Shown here: positions 43,704 through 54,005 of the stretch, piece after piece | Layout: the number at the start of each line of letters is the position of its first letter | Numbering within the stretch: position 1 is the stretch's first letter | Source of the DNA: Nitrosopumilus sp. | GTDB lineage: Archaea; Thermoproteota; Nitrososphaeria; Nitrososphaerales; Nitrosopumilaceae | NCBI GenBank assembly: GCA_965206745.1 | Contig: OZ242220.1 | Span: forward strand, 1,120,001-1,184,000 | Direction: 5' to 3' | Length of the DNA: 64,000 nt | Translations under genes and position numbers: made by a program | Notes under the pieces: generated by a model | Databases searched by the model: none | The model's input: only the letters and a program-made list of their open reading frames with translations | What the model was told of the DNA's origin: nothing

Positions 43704-44333
43704 CTACTTTACAATGATTAGTGTCTGTAAGACAGAGTTGTCCTTGAAAGTAATCTCTAAAGATATTTCAGAATCACCCAAATTATCAATTTTGGACTTT
43801 ATGTTTCTATTATCAGAATCACGAGAAAATGTGTGGGCAGCCTCCAGCCATGAAGAAATGGATTCATAGTCCTCAGATTTCTGATCTGCCCAACAGTCAC
43901 AGACAAGTGTCTCAATCACGGCTTCAAATACTGCAAAGACATCATCAGAATTGGATTCCAAAGTTGCAGTTTCAAGGTTGGTCACTGCCATGACAGGGGA
44001 GTAGAGATCACCTCCGATGTTGATGTTTCCAAGAGCATTTCCTTGGGAATCCAATACTGCAGTTGTGGTACAATATTCTACATTTATTGCGACCCCATTC
44101 TCAAAGTATGTGCAGTATCGATTTATCGTATGATCAGTTATTGCCACGGGTGTGGATACTGTAATGTTTTGCTGGGCCAAAGTATCTTGAATGTCATCAA
44201 TGTCGTAATAAGCAAAACCGGCATCGCCAATGGATGGGGGTTGAGGCTCAGTAGAGTTCTCATCCAGCAAAAAATATACAAAGACTGAGATCACGATAAC
44301 GGCAATTACAGGCACTACAAGGAGTTTGTTCAT
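43704..44333 (-). CDS. Membrane-anchored hypothetical protein
   Basis: N-terminal TM segment, acidic ectodomain with Cys pairs (VCDCW). Confidence 0.75.
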   Translation of the reverse strand: MNKLLVVPVIAVIVISVFVYFLLDENSTEPQPPSIGDAGFAYYDIDDIQDTLAQQNITVSTPVAITDHTINRYCTYFENGVAINVEYCTTTAVLDSQGNALGNINIGGDLYSPVMAVTNLETATLESNSDDVFAVFEAVIETLVCDCWADQKSEDYESISSWLEAAHTFSRDSDNRNIKSKIDNLGDSEISLEITFKDNSVLQTLIIVK

Positions 44334-44373
44334 GAATTACAAAAATTTTATTCAAAGATAAGGTTTTGCAATG

Positions 44374-44865
44374 CTAGATTGAAATTACGGTCAGTTTGGA
44401 GTCAGCGGTAATATTATTCTGCTCGACAAACCCAGAAGTCACCTCAAGAACATAGAATGCCTTGTTGTCAGGAACGATGCTTTGACAAGTTGCGATTTCT
44501 AAAGCGGTTTTACAGGGGGGAATGTCTTTTTCAATATGCACTACATTACCGTCATGATCAAACCAAATCATATCCAGGGGAAACTGCATGTTGAGCATCC
44601 ACAAAGAATACAAGCCGGGTTGGTCAAATACAAAGATCATTCCCTGATCATAAGGGAGTTGATCTTGAAACATCAGTCCCCTGACACGTCTAGGTTCGGA
44701 ATCTGCAATCTGTACCTCTAAAGCAATATCGTCTACCAAAATAGTGCCTCGTGGAAATTCAACTGATTCTAGTTTGCTATCACTTGGAAGGGTCAGCATA
44801 CCAATTACCCCAATAATTACGGCTGCAATCGTAATTGGAATTAATGCCTGTGCACGAGTTGTCAT
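44374..44865 (-). CDS. DUF192 family protein
   Basis: RGLMF, GMIFVF, WMLNMQFPLDMIW, VLEV. Confidence 0.9.
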   Translation of the reverse strand: MTTRAQALIPITIAAVIIGVIGMLTLPSDSKLESVEFPRGTILVDDIALEVQIADSEPRRVRGLMFQDQLPYDQGMIFVFDQPGLYSLWMLNMQFPLDMIWFDHDGNVVHIEKDIPPCKTALEIATCQSIVPDNKAFYVLEVTSGFVEQNNITADSKLTVISI

Positions 44866-44904
44866 GATTAAATAGGTTCGAATCCTTTTAAAAACCAATA
44901 GAGG

Positions 44905-45255
44905 TCAGAATATGGAATTCTTAAAATCCTTGATTGCAGACAGGTTATTCTTTGTTTGATCCCCGACATCATGAAGCGTTGAGCCGTTGTACTTTTTGTC
45001 AAGATATCGCCCTGCAACTATCATCGGGCCGCCAATGGCACAAGTCACGCCAGTTGGCTCAGGCACCCATAACATCAAAAATCCAATCTTTTGGAGTTTT
45101 TTGCCTGGAGCAGAGGCTTTGTGAAGGGCCCCTAATGAGCTGGCAGTACGCTTATCATCAATGCTAGACACTTCAGTATACAGATTTGCCCTACGCTTGG
45201 CAGAATCAGAGAATTTCCGTAATTCGTCCAGACGTTCCTTTAGGGGGTCAACCAT
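44905..45255 (-). CDS. Hypothetical protein
   Basis: 116 aa with a hydrophobic hairpin (MLWVPEPTGVTCAIGGPMIVAG). Confidence 0.7.
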   Translation of the reverse strand: MVDPLKERLDELRKFSDSAKRRANLYTEVSSIDDKRTASSLGALHKASAPGKKLQKIGFLMLWVPEPTGVTCAIGGPMIVAGRYLDKKYNGSTLHDVGDQTKNNLSAIKDFKNSIF

Positions 45256-45388
45256 TCCAATCTTGATTTAAAAGAAAATAGTTAAGAAACATAGATCAAC
45301 TACGGTTACATTCAAGTCAACAAAGAGTAACCAAAATCAGCGAAAAGACACCCAATTATACTAGATTGTATACAGATACAAAAGACCC

Positions 45389-45853
45389 ATGAAATCTAAA
45401 AACTCTAAAAGGCTGGATTCGATCAAGGCGGCACATCAGTCAGAGAGGGAGCGCTCAAGTACAAGAATGGAGGATTATCTAGAAATAATCTCAGAGCTAG
45501 TAGAACTGAAAGGATATGCAACGACTCTGGACATATCAAGGTACATGAATGTGAGCGCGCCAAGTGTTACCAAAATGCTCCAAAGATTAGATGAGGGCGG
45601 ATTTTTAGAGTATGAAAAGTATCACGGAATCAATCTCACAGATAAAGGAACGCAGATAGCAGAAGGGATAAGACAAAAGCATGGAATACTGTTGGAGTTT
45701 TTTGAGATTTTGGGGGTAGGGTATGATACTGCCAATCAGGATACAGAGGGGATCGAGCATCACCTAAACCCAAAGACCATAAAACAGCTAAGAAAATTCA
45801 TTACTTTTCTAAAGGCAAACCCGAAAATCATTGAGAGTTTTAAAAATCTTTAA
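45389..45853 (+). CDS. DtxR/MntR family metal-dependent transcriptional regulator
   Basis: MEDYLE, VSAPSVTKML, RQKHGILLEF, EGIEHH. Confidence 0.92.
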   Translation: MKSKNSKRLDSIKAAHQSERERSSTRMEDYLEIISELVELKGYATTLDISRYMNVSAPSVTKMLQRLDEGGFLEYEKYHGINLTDKGTQIAEGIRQKHGILLEFFEILGVGYDTANQDTEGIEHHLNPKTIKQLRKFITFLKANPKIIESFKNL

Positions 45854-47672
45854 GATAAAGCTTGATGTCGTTTTGTGATGATGTAAAATCCATCAGAGTT
45901 CTTGCAGCATCAGAGCGTTTAGGAATTTTGATCTGTCCCTTTTTGCCAATCCTGACAGACGTGATGAACTTTTCATTAGCATAGATATCGGCATGCATCG
46001 AAGTGAAATCCCTGTTGACTGTGATAAGCAAAGCGGTTTTTGATTCTGAGAAGCTAAAGGGCAGGTCATTTGATGTTAATGACACATCATCAGATGTCTT
46101 TGCCACCACGTCAATATGGACTTTGAGATGCTTTTCAATCTGATCAATGTTTGAGCCACCTCTTCCGATTATTGATGCAATATATTGCTCATTGACCATT
46201 ACCTTGGCCCGATTATCAGAGAGAATTTCAACTTCAGCGCGAGGGTCATAGCTTCTAAAAGTTTCTTTGATCTTCTCTTCTGCTAGCTTTTCAATTCCAA
46301 CCTTATCTGCCTTCTTCCCTACAGGAACAATGACGTTTTCTTCGCCAAAGGTGTAAATTTCATGCTCCAAAACATCATCATCAAAATTCCTAATTTCAAT
46401 TACTGGTCTGGCCAAATCAGATTCAGTCATGCCAGTCGGGACTTTGACCTTTAACTCCAAATCATAGACTTTCTCAATCGCGCCGCCTTTAACAAAGACG
46501 ACAGTGTCCAGCACGTTTGGAATTATTCCAAGCTCGATTTTTCCAATAAAGCGTTGAATTGCATCAAGGGGGGAGTTTGCATGGACCACGCCTACCATCC
46601 CAACCCCAGTCAATCTCAAATCGGCAAAGGTCACAAAATCTTCTCGTCTTCTCACCTCATCAAAGATTGTATAGTCAGGCCTTACAAGCAGCAAAATATC
46701 AGCAGAATTATCAAAGCTTCCATCAAGCTTGCTGTATTGAGTCACTCCGGAATCAACTTGCAAGTCGCGCGGGGACTCGAATGTTTTGACTATTTTTCCT
46801 TTTTTGTGATAAAAGTTTGCAAGGCCAGATGCCAGAGTACTTTTTCCAGAACCTGGAGAGCCAGAGATGACGATTCCCTCGGCACTGTCAGAGAAACGCT
46901 CCATCAGTTTTTCAGAGATTGCATAGTCGTCAAGGGACAGCTTTACAATAGGATGAACGATTGTGATTTCAAAGGATTCAGAAAATGGCGGATAAGTTAT
47001 CGCAATACGATAATCCTCATGTTGTACCACAGATGCGCCAGTCTTAGAAATCTCCAGTGTGCTAGAGTCAGACATGTTTGCAACGTCTAAAATTTGAGAT
47101 GAGATCATTTCCAGGTAATCTCGTGACAGGGGCTCATCATTTAATTTTGTTAGTACAAACGCTCCAGGCTTGCCTTTTTTTGCCAACGGGCACTGGCTTT
47201 CCTTAAGATGTATACTCATGGTTTCAGGATCAAAAAATTTTAAAAATTCCAATGACTCATTTTTGAATTCAGGCTTGAGAAAGACGGCATCAATGCCCTC
47301 AGCCTGCGCCACCAAATACTGCACATTGTCAGAAGTGTACAAGACCGCATTACTTTGTTTGGCCATGTCAACTATCAGGGAGTCAATCCTACCGCTACTT
47401 GCAAGTTTCACGTCATCAGAAGACGGATGGGTTCCACTTACAGCAACAGTCAATCCGTGGCTTCCAGATAGTGACTTGAGCTTTTGAATTTTTTGAAGGC
47501 CTACGAATCCCTGTTCTTTTCTCTTTGATGCCTGAGATTGCAATTCATCAAAAACAGCCTGCGGGATGATAATTTCAAAATCCCTGATGCCGCCAGACTC
47601 TATTTGGGAAACTAGCTGGCCGTTAATTATTACGCTAGTGTCAGCTACAATTTTCGACAATTTTTTAATCAA
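45840..47672 (-). CDS. PIN-domain ATPase with KH domain (PINA / PINc-VapC ATPase)
   Basis: VADTSVII PIN domain, GSPGSGKS Walker A, RPDYTIFDEVR, IIGRGG KH motif. Confidence 0.92.
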   Translation of the reverse strand: MIKKLSKIVADTSVIINGQLVSQIESGGIRDFEIIIPQAVFDELQSQASKRKEQGFVGLQKIQKLKSLSGSHGLTVAVSGTHPSSDDVKLASSGRIDSLIVDMAKQSNAVLYTSDNVQYLVAQAEGIDAVFLKPEFKNESLEFLKFFDPETMSIHLKESQCPLAKKGKPGAFVLTKLNDEPLSRDYLEMISSQILDVANMSDSSTLEISKTGASVVQHEDYRIAITYPPFSESFEITIVHPIVKLSLDDYAISEKLMERFSDSAEGIVISGSPGSGKSTLASGLANFYHKKGKIVKTFESPRDLQVDSGVTQYSKLDGSFDNSADILLLVRPDYTIFDEVRRREDFVTFADLRLTGVGMVGVVHANSPLDAIQRFIGKIELGIIPNVLDTVVFVKGGAIEKVYDLELKVKVPTGMTESDLARPVIEIRNFDDDVLEHEIYTFGEENVIVPVGKKADKVGIEKLAEEKIKETFRSYDPRAEVEILSDNRAKVMVNEQYIASIIGRGGSNIDQIEKHLKVHIDVVAKTSDDVSLTSNDLPFSFSESKTALLITVNRDFTSMHADIYANEKFITSVRIGKKGQIKIPKRSDAARTLMDFTSSQNDIKLYLKDF

Positions 47673-47705
47673 TGTTTGAATTATCCTACACCCTAAATTA
47701 CTTTC

Positions 47706-47913
47706 TCAAGTCAGGGTTCTCAGTTGATTCCAAAATGCCTCCTAAAACAGAGGGTTTTGATATGTGTGATACCAGCACTTGCCAAAGAAGAAAGCCAGAA
47801 TTTGGCAACAAAGCAACCAGAGGCATCTTGGGCAAATTACTGCCCACATATGGCCAAAGAGAGACATCTCGATTTGCAAGCCCCAAGGAATCCTCAAAAT
47901 GCAGATTACCCAT
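47706..47913 (-). pseudogene. Possible frameshifted small Trp/Cys-rich membrane protein gene
   Basis: MGNLHF start, then in another frame HMWAVICPRCLWLLCCQILAFFFGKCWYHTYQNPLF-stop-EAFWNQLRTLT. Confidence 0.3.
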
Positions 47914-47993
47914 AAACCTGCTTAAAGAAAACGAACTTTCAGGGCTAAAATACCTCACACTCTTAAAAAAATGGAGGTTTGAGGAGTTAAGGT

Positions 47994-48134
47994 ATGGAAC
48001 AAGCCCCAGTCAGAAATGAGGAATTTTACAAAAACTGTACCAAATATTTTGAATCTTTGCGCAAAAAAGGCATGACAGACTATGATTTTGAAGACGAATA
48101 TTATTTTACCATGCCTGCCATATCCAGCCACTAG
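47994..48134 (+). CDS. Small hypothetical protein (46 aa; not in the ORF track)
   Basis: MEQAPVRNEEFYKNCTKYFESLRKKGMTDYDFEDEYYFTMPAISSH; GAGGAG about 7 nt upstream. Confidence 0.55.
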   Translation: MEQAPVRNEEFYKNCTKYFESLRKKGMTDYDFEDEYYFTMPAISSH

Positions 48135-48162
48135 ATAGCAGAAGATTTACGAACCACCACAA

Positions 48163-49587
48163 ATGGTACAAGTTATGGATTCAAAACTATGCGATCTTGC
48201 AGATAAGGCAGTCAGGTACGCACAAGAAATAGGAATCCAGTATTGTGATGTCAGGGCAGAGCATCAGAGACGAATGTCGGTTCTTTTGGAGAATGGTGAG
48301 ACAGAGCATGCCAGGATGGGTGATGATAAGGGAGTTGGAATTAGAATGATCAAAGACAACGTATGGAACTTTTGTTCCATAACAAATCCAGAGTCATTTG
48401 GGCAAATCAAAGATTTGATGGATAGTTCTATAAAAAATTCCAGAGGCGGGAATCAGAGCAGAATAGATCTGCATCCAAACGTTCCAAAAAAGATCAAAAT
48501 AGATTATCAATCAATCAGAAAACCAGGACTAGATGAAATGGTAGAAATAGGACTGGAGTGCAGTAAAATCATTTTGCAAGTTCCAAAGATAATCAAATCA
48601 ATTGTCAATCCATGGTATACATTAAACTCAAAATATTTTGTAAATTCAGAAGGCTCAGAAATACAGCAGAATTTCACAGATACAGTAGTAGAGATGATAG
48701 CAACTGCTCATGATTCAGGAATAACCCAAGCAGTAAACATTACAGAGGGAGGCAGGGGAGGACTGGAACAAATAACAAAGGAGGACAAGATCTATCAGAG
48801 CGCAAAAGAAATTGCCTCAAAGGCATCGCAATTAACTCAAGCAAAACCTGCTAAAGAAGAGAATGCAACAGTGGTGATGAATCCAGACTTTGTGTCACTG
48901 CTCACACATGAGATACTCGGACACCCATCAGAAGCTGATAGAGTACTGGGAAAGGAGATGGCATGGGCAGGGGGTGCATGGTGGAAAGGCAAGCTAGGAG
49001 AGAAGATAGGTTCTGAGAACCTAAACGTGTTTGATGACCCCACAATAAAAGAAAGCCTTGGATGGTATCAATTCGATGACGAGGGAATTGAGACTAGAAG
49101 AACAACCCTGGTTGAAAAAGGGGTTTTGAAGAACCACATGCAAAGCAGAGAGACTGCGCAGATATTCAATTCAGCGCCCACAGGAAACATGAGGGCCTCA
49201 AATTATCGATTCATGCCCCTAATACGCATGGCCTGCACATGTATCGGTAACGGGGATAGAGACGTAGAGGAGATAATAAAGGAGGTCAAATGCGGCTATC
49301 TAATTTCCAATATGAAGATCCCCTCAATTGACATGAAACGATATAATTGGAGCATATCGTGCCAGTATGCACAGAGGATTGAAGATGGAGAAATTACGGA
49401 TTTGCTAAGAGACGTGATAGTGATGGGAACAGCACCGGAATTCTTTGAATCCATCGACGCGTGCGGTAACGACTTTACAGTAAGACCGATAACTAATTGT
49501 GGCAAAGGTGATCCAATGCAATCAATGATAATGGGAAATGGCGGGCCTACAGTCAGAGGGACCGCAACGGTGAAGAGTGTGAATTAG
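48163..49587 (+). CDS. tldD: TldD family metalloprotease
   Basis: HEILGHPSEAD, FDDEG, PLIRM, CGKG. Confidence 0.88.
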   Translation: MVQVMDSKLCDLADKAVRYAQEIGIQYCDVRAEHQRRMSVLLENGETEHARMGDDKGVGIRMIKDNVWNFCSITNPESFGQIKDLMDSSIKNSRGGNQSRIDLHPNVPKKIKIDYQSIRKPGLDEMVEIGLECSKIILQVPKIIKSIVNPWYTLNSKYFVNSEGSEIQQNFTDTVVEMIATAHDSGITQAVNITEGGRGGLEQITKEDKIYQSAKEIASKASQLTQAKPAKEENATVVMNPDFVSLLTHEILGHPSEADRVLGKEMAWAGGAWWKGKLGEKIGSENLNVFDDPTIKESLGWYQFDDEGIETRRTTLVEKGVLKNHMQSRETAQIFNSAPTGNMRASNYRFMPLIRMACTCIGNGDRDVEEIIKEVKCGYLISNMKIPSIDMKRYNWSISCQYAQRIEDGEITDLLRDVIVMGTAPEFFESIDACGNDFTVRPITNCGKGDPMQSMIMGNGGPTVRGTATVKSVN

Positions 49588-50181
49588 ATGAGCCAGAAAT
49601 TAGAGATCATCAAAGAAAGCGTGATCGAGTGTACAAAATGTGATCTTTGCAAGACGAGAACCAATTCAGTTCCAGGCAAGGGAAACTTTCACTCAGATGT
49701 GATCTTTGTGGGAGAAGCACCGGGCAGGAACGAGGATGAGGGCGGTGAGCCATTTATCGGAATTGCAGGGAAAAAACTAACAGAGGCCCTAGAAGAGGCA
49801 GGCATTTCAAGGGATGATGTCTACATCACAAACATTGTAAAGTGCAGGCCCCCAAAGAACAGAGTCCCAACCACAGTTGAGAGAGAGACATGCCAAGAAT
49901 ACCTAAAGCAGGAGATATCAATCATCAAGCCCAAGATAATTTGCGTGCTGGGAAATACAGCATTTAACTCGCTTTTGGGAGGCTCGGAGATAACAAAATT
50001 CAGAGGCAAGTTAGTCAGACGAGACGGCCAGTTATATTTTCTGACCATACATCCGGCAGCTACAATTTACAATCAAGAGTTGATCAAGGTCTTGGACAAA
50101 GACATTGTAAAATTGTTTGACTTGATCACAGAGTTAAAAGACAACAGAAAAGTGCAGATAGATATTGACTATACTTCCTAG
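49588..50181 (+). CDS. udg: Family 4 uracil-DNA glycosylase (Fe-S)
   Basis: CTKCDL, GEAPG, NIVKCRPPKNR, HPAA. Confidence 0.93.
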   Translation: MSQKLEIIKESVIECTKCDLCKTRTNSVPGKGNFHSDVIFVGEAPGRNEDEGGEPFIGIAGKKLTEALEEAGISRDDVYITNIVKCRPPKNRVPTTVERETCQEYLKQEISIIKPKIICVLGNTAFNSLLGGSEITKFRGKLVRRDGQLYFLTIHPAATIYNQELIKVLDKDIVKLFDLITELKDNRKVQIDIDYTS

Positions 50182-50722
50182 AGGGTTTTATTCAAGAGAT
50201 ACATCTGTAGTAGCAAGAAATCTCTTGGGCAAAAAGATCATCAGGAAGATAGGCAGAGATGAGATTTCAGGCATAATCACAGAGACTGAAGCGTATGGAC
50301 ACAGCGATGATCCGGCAAGTCATGCATTTAGAAGGGTCACGGAGAGAAACAGGGCAATGTTTGATAAAGTGGGTTTGGCTTATGTCTATTTCACTTATGG
50401 AATGCATTTTTGCTTTAACATAGTTGCCAGAGAACCAAGAGAGGCTGCCGGAGCTGTGCTTATTCGTGCAATTGAACCCGTAAAAGGAGTCAAAATTATG
50501 CAAGAGAACAGAGGGATGCAGGATTTGAAAAATCTTGCCAACGGACCTGCAAAACTAGCCCAAGCTCTACACATTACAAAAAAACATTACGGTTTTGATG
50601 TTACAAAAAAATCAGAGATATACATTACTCGGGGGATAAAGTCGCAAAAGATCACAGCATCGCCAAGGATAGGAATCACCAAGGCAGCAGACAGGTTGTG
50701 GAATTTTAAAATAAATATCTAG
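50165..50722 (+). CDS. mpg: DNA-3-methyladenine glycosylase (MPG/AAG type)
   Basis: ETEAY, YVYFTYGMHFCFN, AVLIRA, GPAKL, PRIGI. Confidence 0.93.
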   Translation: MTILPRGFYSRDTSVVARNLLGKKIIRKIGRDEISGIITETEAYGHSDDPASHAFRRVTERNRAMFDKVGLAYVYFTYGMHFCFNIVAREPREAAGAVLIRAIEPVKGVKIMQENRGMQDLKNLANGPAKLAQALHITKKHYGFDVTKKSEIYITRGIKSQKITASPRIGITKAADRLWNFKINI

Positions 50723-51354
50723 TCTTCTTTATTATTTTCATCCAAGGTCCACGGTGCAAACCTGCCAAGGATTCTTGCCCAGTCCAATCGCAGCAGCAAC
50801 ACAATAACTGCAGTCATCATCACTCCAAAGATTATGATTCCGATGTAGATCGGGGTGGCATCATCAATATTTTCAAGCAAAGGCTCTACCAAAGACAGTC
50901 CCAAATGGTGCGAGATAAATACAATTGAATAGCTTAGGACAATTTTTCCAGTAAGAGTGGCAATAAAGAATCGCTTGGGATTGTATCTTGCCAGTCCCAA
51001 TGGAACGTAGACCAGATCGTCGGGAATCGGGGTTGCAGCAGCAAAAAAAGCAGCTCCTGCGCCATACCGCTTGATTAGGCGCTCAAATGGACGCATCCTC
51101 TTTCGGGTTTTTTCATTGATTATCCTCCTTCCGCCATAACTGACATAGAAGATAATTTGCTTTGCGATAGTTGCGGCAATTGCAGAGACTAGCGCCAAAA
51201 TATGTAGATCATATTGATTACCTACGGACATTGTTGCAAGAAGCAAAAATCCAGGTAGCGGGACAAAAGGTATCAGAGAGCCAAAGAAGTTGACTAGAGC
51301 CAGAAGAGAGTAACCAACATCAGGCGCAAATGGAAAGATGTCAATAAAATCCAC
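50719..51354 (-). CDS. DedA/VTT-domain membrane protein
   Basis: IPFVPLP, AATPIPDD, F...GK motifs; start set at GTG 51354. Confidence 0.85.
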   Translation of the reverse strand: MDFIDIFPFAPDVGYSLLALVNFFGSLIPFVPLPGFLLLATMSVGNQYDLHILALVSAIAATIAKQIIFYVSYGGRRIINEKTRKRMRPFERLIKRYGAGAAFFAAATPIPDDLVYVPLGLARYNPKRFFIATLTGKIVLSYSIVFISHHLGLSLVEPLLENIDDATPIYIGIIIFGVMMTAVIVLLLRLDWARILGRFAPWTLDENNKED

Positions 51355-51444
51355 AGATCTGACTTGTCTCAGGCTGTATTTAATTAAACCTAGAATGAGA
51401 GACTTGCAATTCATTAAAATATCATCTCTTTAGAACTCTATTGA

Positions 51445-51819
51445 TTGTCAAAGAAAGATTTTGAAGCGATTTGTAGTGCCATTGCAACAATTAGCCCATT
51501 TATCAGATTTATAGGCGTGATTGGGGAGAGTGGGAATTTGCGCGCATACAAACGAAGGCCGGAACTAGTTCCTCTTTTAAACGAAAAAAATACCCAGTAT
51601 CAATTCTCGCACATTGCAATGAAGACGGATTTGGAAGGATTTTTTGACAAGAATCTGGGCGAGGTCGAGTTTGTCTGGGAAGAGAGGAAGAAGGTTCAGA
51701 CGATCTCATTTGCAATTAAAAAATCAAGAGTATGGATATCAATCGATAAAAAAGTGATCAGAACAGAGATGTTGAGAATCATCGATTCGTGCTTGCCAAT
51801 TGTGAAAAAATATTCCTAA
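51445..51819 (+). CDS. Thaumarchaeal roadblock/longin-like protein (DUF6659-like)
   Basis: IRFIGVIGESG, PLL, FDKNLGEV, WISID; same family pattern as 5761-6141. Confidence 0.7.
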   Translation: MSKKDFEAICSAIATISPFIRFIGVIGESGNLRAYKRRPELVPLLNEKNTQYQFSHIAMKTDLEGFFDKNLGEVEFVWEERKKVQTISFAIKKSRVWISIDKKVIRTEMLRIIDSCLPIVKKYS

Positions 51820-51941
51820 CGCATCAAATGACCGTATTGTAGAGCAGTTTAGATTCACATGACAGATGCCCCTACCATATATCCATCTTTAGTTCACAAG
51901 AGTCACCTAAACCATAAGTTTCTTCAGAAATTCTGCAAACC

Positions 51942-52715
51942 TTGGCAAGAAAATTAATGTTTTTTAGTGAAAAGCAACAAATTTCTTTAATGAATGATAA
52001 AACTAATTGGAAAATTAATTTTGTACTATCAGAAGAAATTAACTGTAGGGATCTTCCTTCATGCAATGATGTAGAATTTGATGTCATTACAAATAAAGCA
52101 AATCCAAAATCCATTACGGGGTTTGACATCATACTGAATAATATAACAAAAGACCAAGTTAGGCAATTAGCCACAAGCAAAGCTCAAAGAGTGACAGATC
52201 TGTTTGCATATCTTTCGTGTATAGCATTAAAATGCAAAATAAATGGAATTAGTGAAAAAAAACCATCTGGAGGTTACACTGTATCAAAGATATTGACTAT
52301 AGAATATAAAATTAAAAATAATATAGATATTACTATATTTAACCAAAAATTAACTGATGTGCTAAAAGGCAAAGATTTGAAATTAAATCAACAAATGGAA
52401 TACTTCAACAAGGCTTTAAATTCTATAACATTTGGAGATCCTGATTCAGCCATTAGAAATTTGTTTTTGATGTATGATGTTAAAGAACTACCAAAAGACG
52501 TGGAAAAATACGAATCACTTAGACATGCATTAAGTCATGACACAGTTTATCCATGTAATATTGAAAATATATCGAATAATTTTGGCAAGGATTATTTCAA
52601 ATTTACTGAAAAAGGACATTTTGATCATAGTTCAGAAAATAATAAAAATCATCTAACTGTAGAAGCAAATAATTTTCTAAATCAAGCAAAAAAAGAAATA
52701 AAAAAAATACTGTAA
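51942..52715 (+). CDS. AT-rich hypothetical protein with C-terminal HEPN-like RxxxxH motif (start may be ATG 51990)
   Basis: Helical C-domain with LRHALSH; visibly AT-richer than neighbouring genes. Confidence 0.65.
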   Translation: MARKLMFFSEKQQISLMNDKTNWKINFVLSEEINCRDLPSCNDVEFDVITNKANPKSITGFDIILNNITKDQVRQLATSKAQRVTDLFAYLSCIALKCKINGISEKKPSGGYTVSKILTIEYKIKNNIDITIFNQKLTDVLKGKDLKLNQQMEYFNKALNSITFGDPDSAIRNLFLMYDVKELPKDVEKYESLRHALSHDTVYPCNIENISNNFGKDYFKFTEKGHFDHSSENNKNHLTVEANNFLNQAKKEIKKIL

Positions 52716-52984
52716 GCCAATTCTGTCAACTAAAACCAAACTGTTACATCAAGAATCACATGCAAGCAAGAAACATCAGATTCAAGATTGAATAATTTTG
52801 AAATTATATAAAGAATAATATCCAAATTCACCATCGCACTCCATTTTGAAATCTAATTCAACTCTAATTCCAATATCTATTGAATTTCAAAAAAATGAGT
52901 TTTGATTAATATGTACATTTTTCTAGATTCTATCAATCTGACGGAATACAGTGATACAATCAAACCATTCAGTAAAAAGTAAAA

Positions 52985-53926
52985 TTATTTTTCATCCTCA
53001 TACAACCAGCACCGGACGTATCCTGTTTCGGTTTTAAATTTAGGAGGAAGTTCTTTGCATTTTTCTATGGCCAGAGGACATCGCTCGATGAATCTGCACT
53101 GGTTCGGGGCATCAAGTAAGCTAGGCGGAATGCCTTTGATGTATTTTGGAGTGTCGCCTTTCAAAGTTGGGATAGACTCCAAAAGTCCCTGAGTGTAAGG
53201 ATGCTTGGGATTTTTGTAAATTTGTTCTGAAGAACCAAATTCTACCATCTGCCCGCCATACATGATGCCAATTTTATCGGCAATTTCAGATAGGACCGCC
53301 AAATCATGCGTGATTAGCATAAATGACATGCCGTCTTTTTTGAGGGATTTTAAAAGATTGATGATTTGTGCCTGAATTAAAACATCTAATGCAGTAGTAG
53401 GCTCATCTGCAATCACAAATTTGGGTTTGAGTAGTAGCGCCATTGCAATTATCACCCTTTGCTTCATCCCTCCACTAAGTTCATGGGGATATTTTTTGAG
53501 AATATTTTCATCAAGACTGACAGAATTCATAGCATCAAGTATTGTCTTCTTTGAATCACCATTAAACGAATGGGCATTTAGAATCTCAACGAACTGCTCA
53601 TTGATTGTAAAAACAGGATCCAACGAGTTCATGGCCCCCTGAAATATCATGGATATTTTTTTCCACCTGTATTTGTCATTAAATTCAGATTCATCCAGAT
53701 CCAAAAGGGAGATGCCATCAAACGTGATCTGGCCTTTTGCAGTACCGCCTGAGAGCATCCGAATTAATGACAGGCCCAGGGTGCTTTTTCCGCATGCGCT
53801 CTCACCTGCAATTCCTATTGATTCCCCATCATTTAATTGAAAATCAACATCATCGACGGCGTAAACTGGCCCTTGAGACGAAGAGTACCTTGAAGATAAT
53901 CCGTCAACTTTTAGAAATGTCATCAT
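52985..53926 (-). CDS. Oligopeptide/dipeptide-type ABC transporter ATP-binding protein
   Basis: GESACGKS, LSGGMKQR, DEPTTALD, HPYT, C-terminal Cys cluster. Confidence 0.93.
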   Translation of the reverse strand: MMTFLKVDGLSSRYSSSQGPVYAVDDVDFQLNDGESIGIAGESACGKSTLGLSLIRMLSGGTAKGQITFDGISLLDLDESEFNDKYRWKKISMIFQGAMNSLDPVFTINEQFVEILNAHSFNGDSKKTILDAMNSVSLDENILKKYPHELSGGMKQRVIIAMALLLKPKFVIADEPTTALDVLIQAQIINLLKSLKKDGMSFMLITHDLAVLSEIADKIGIMYGGQMVEFGSSEQIYKNPKHPYTQGLLESIPTLKGDTPKYIKGIPPSLLDAPNQCRFIERCPLAIEKCKELPPKFKTETGYVRCWLYEDEK

Positions 53927-54005
53927 TCTCTCAGATCCAAACTAGGATTTTTGTTTTGCACTAAGGGATATAAACAACATTATCAGAATGAAAAAGTCGA
54001 TTTAA

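Noticed and set aside
47672-48019. 115-aa plus-strand ORF
   Set aside because: Spans the PINA upstream region and overlaps a better 46-aa ORF and a probable minus-strand remnant; no motif.
51830-52980. Prophage or integrative element boundaries around the AT-rich islet
   Set aside because: No integrase, tRNA target or convincing flanking direct repeats were found.
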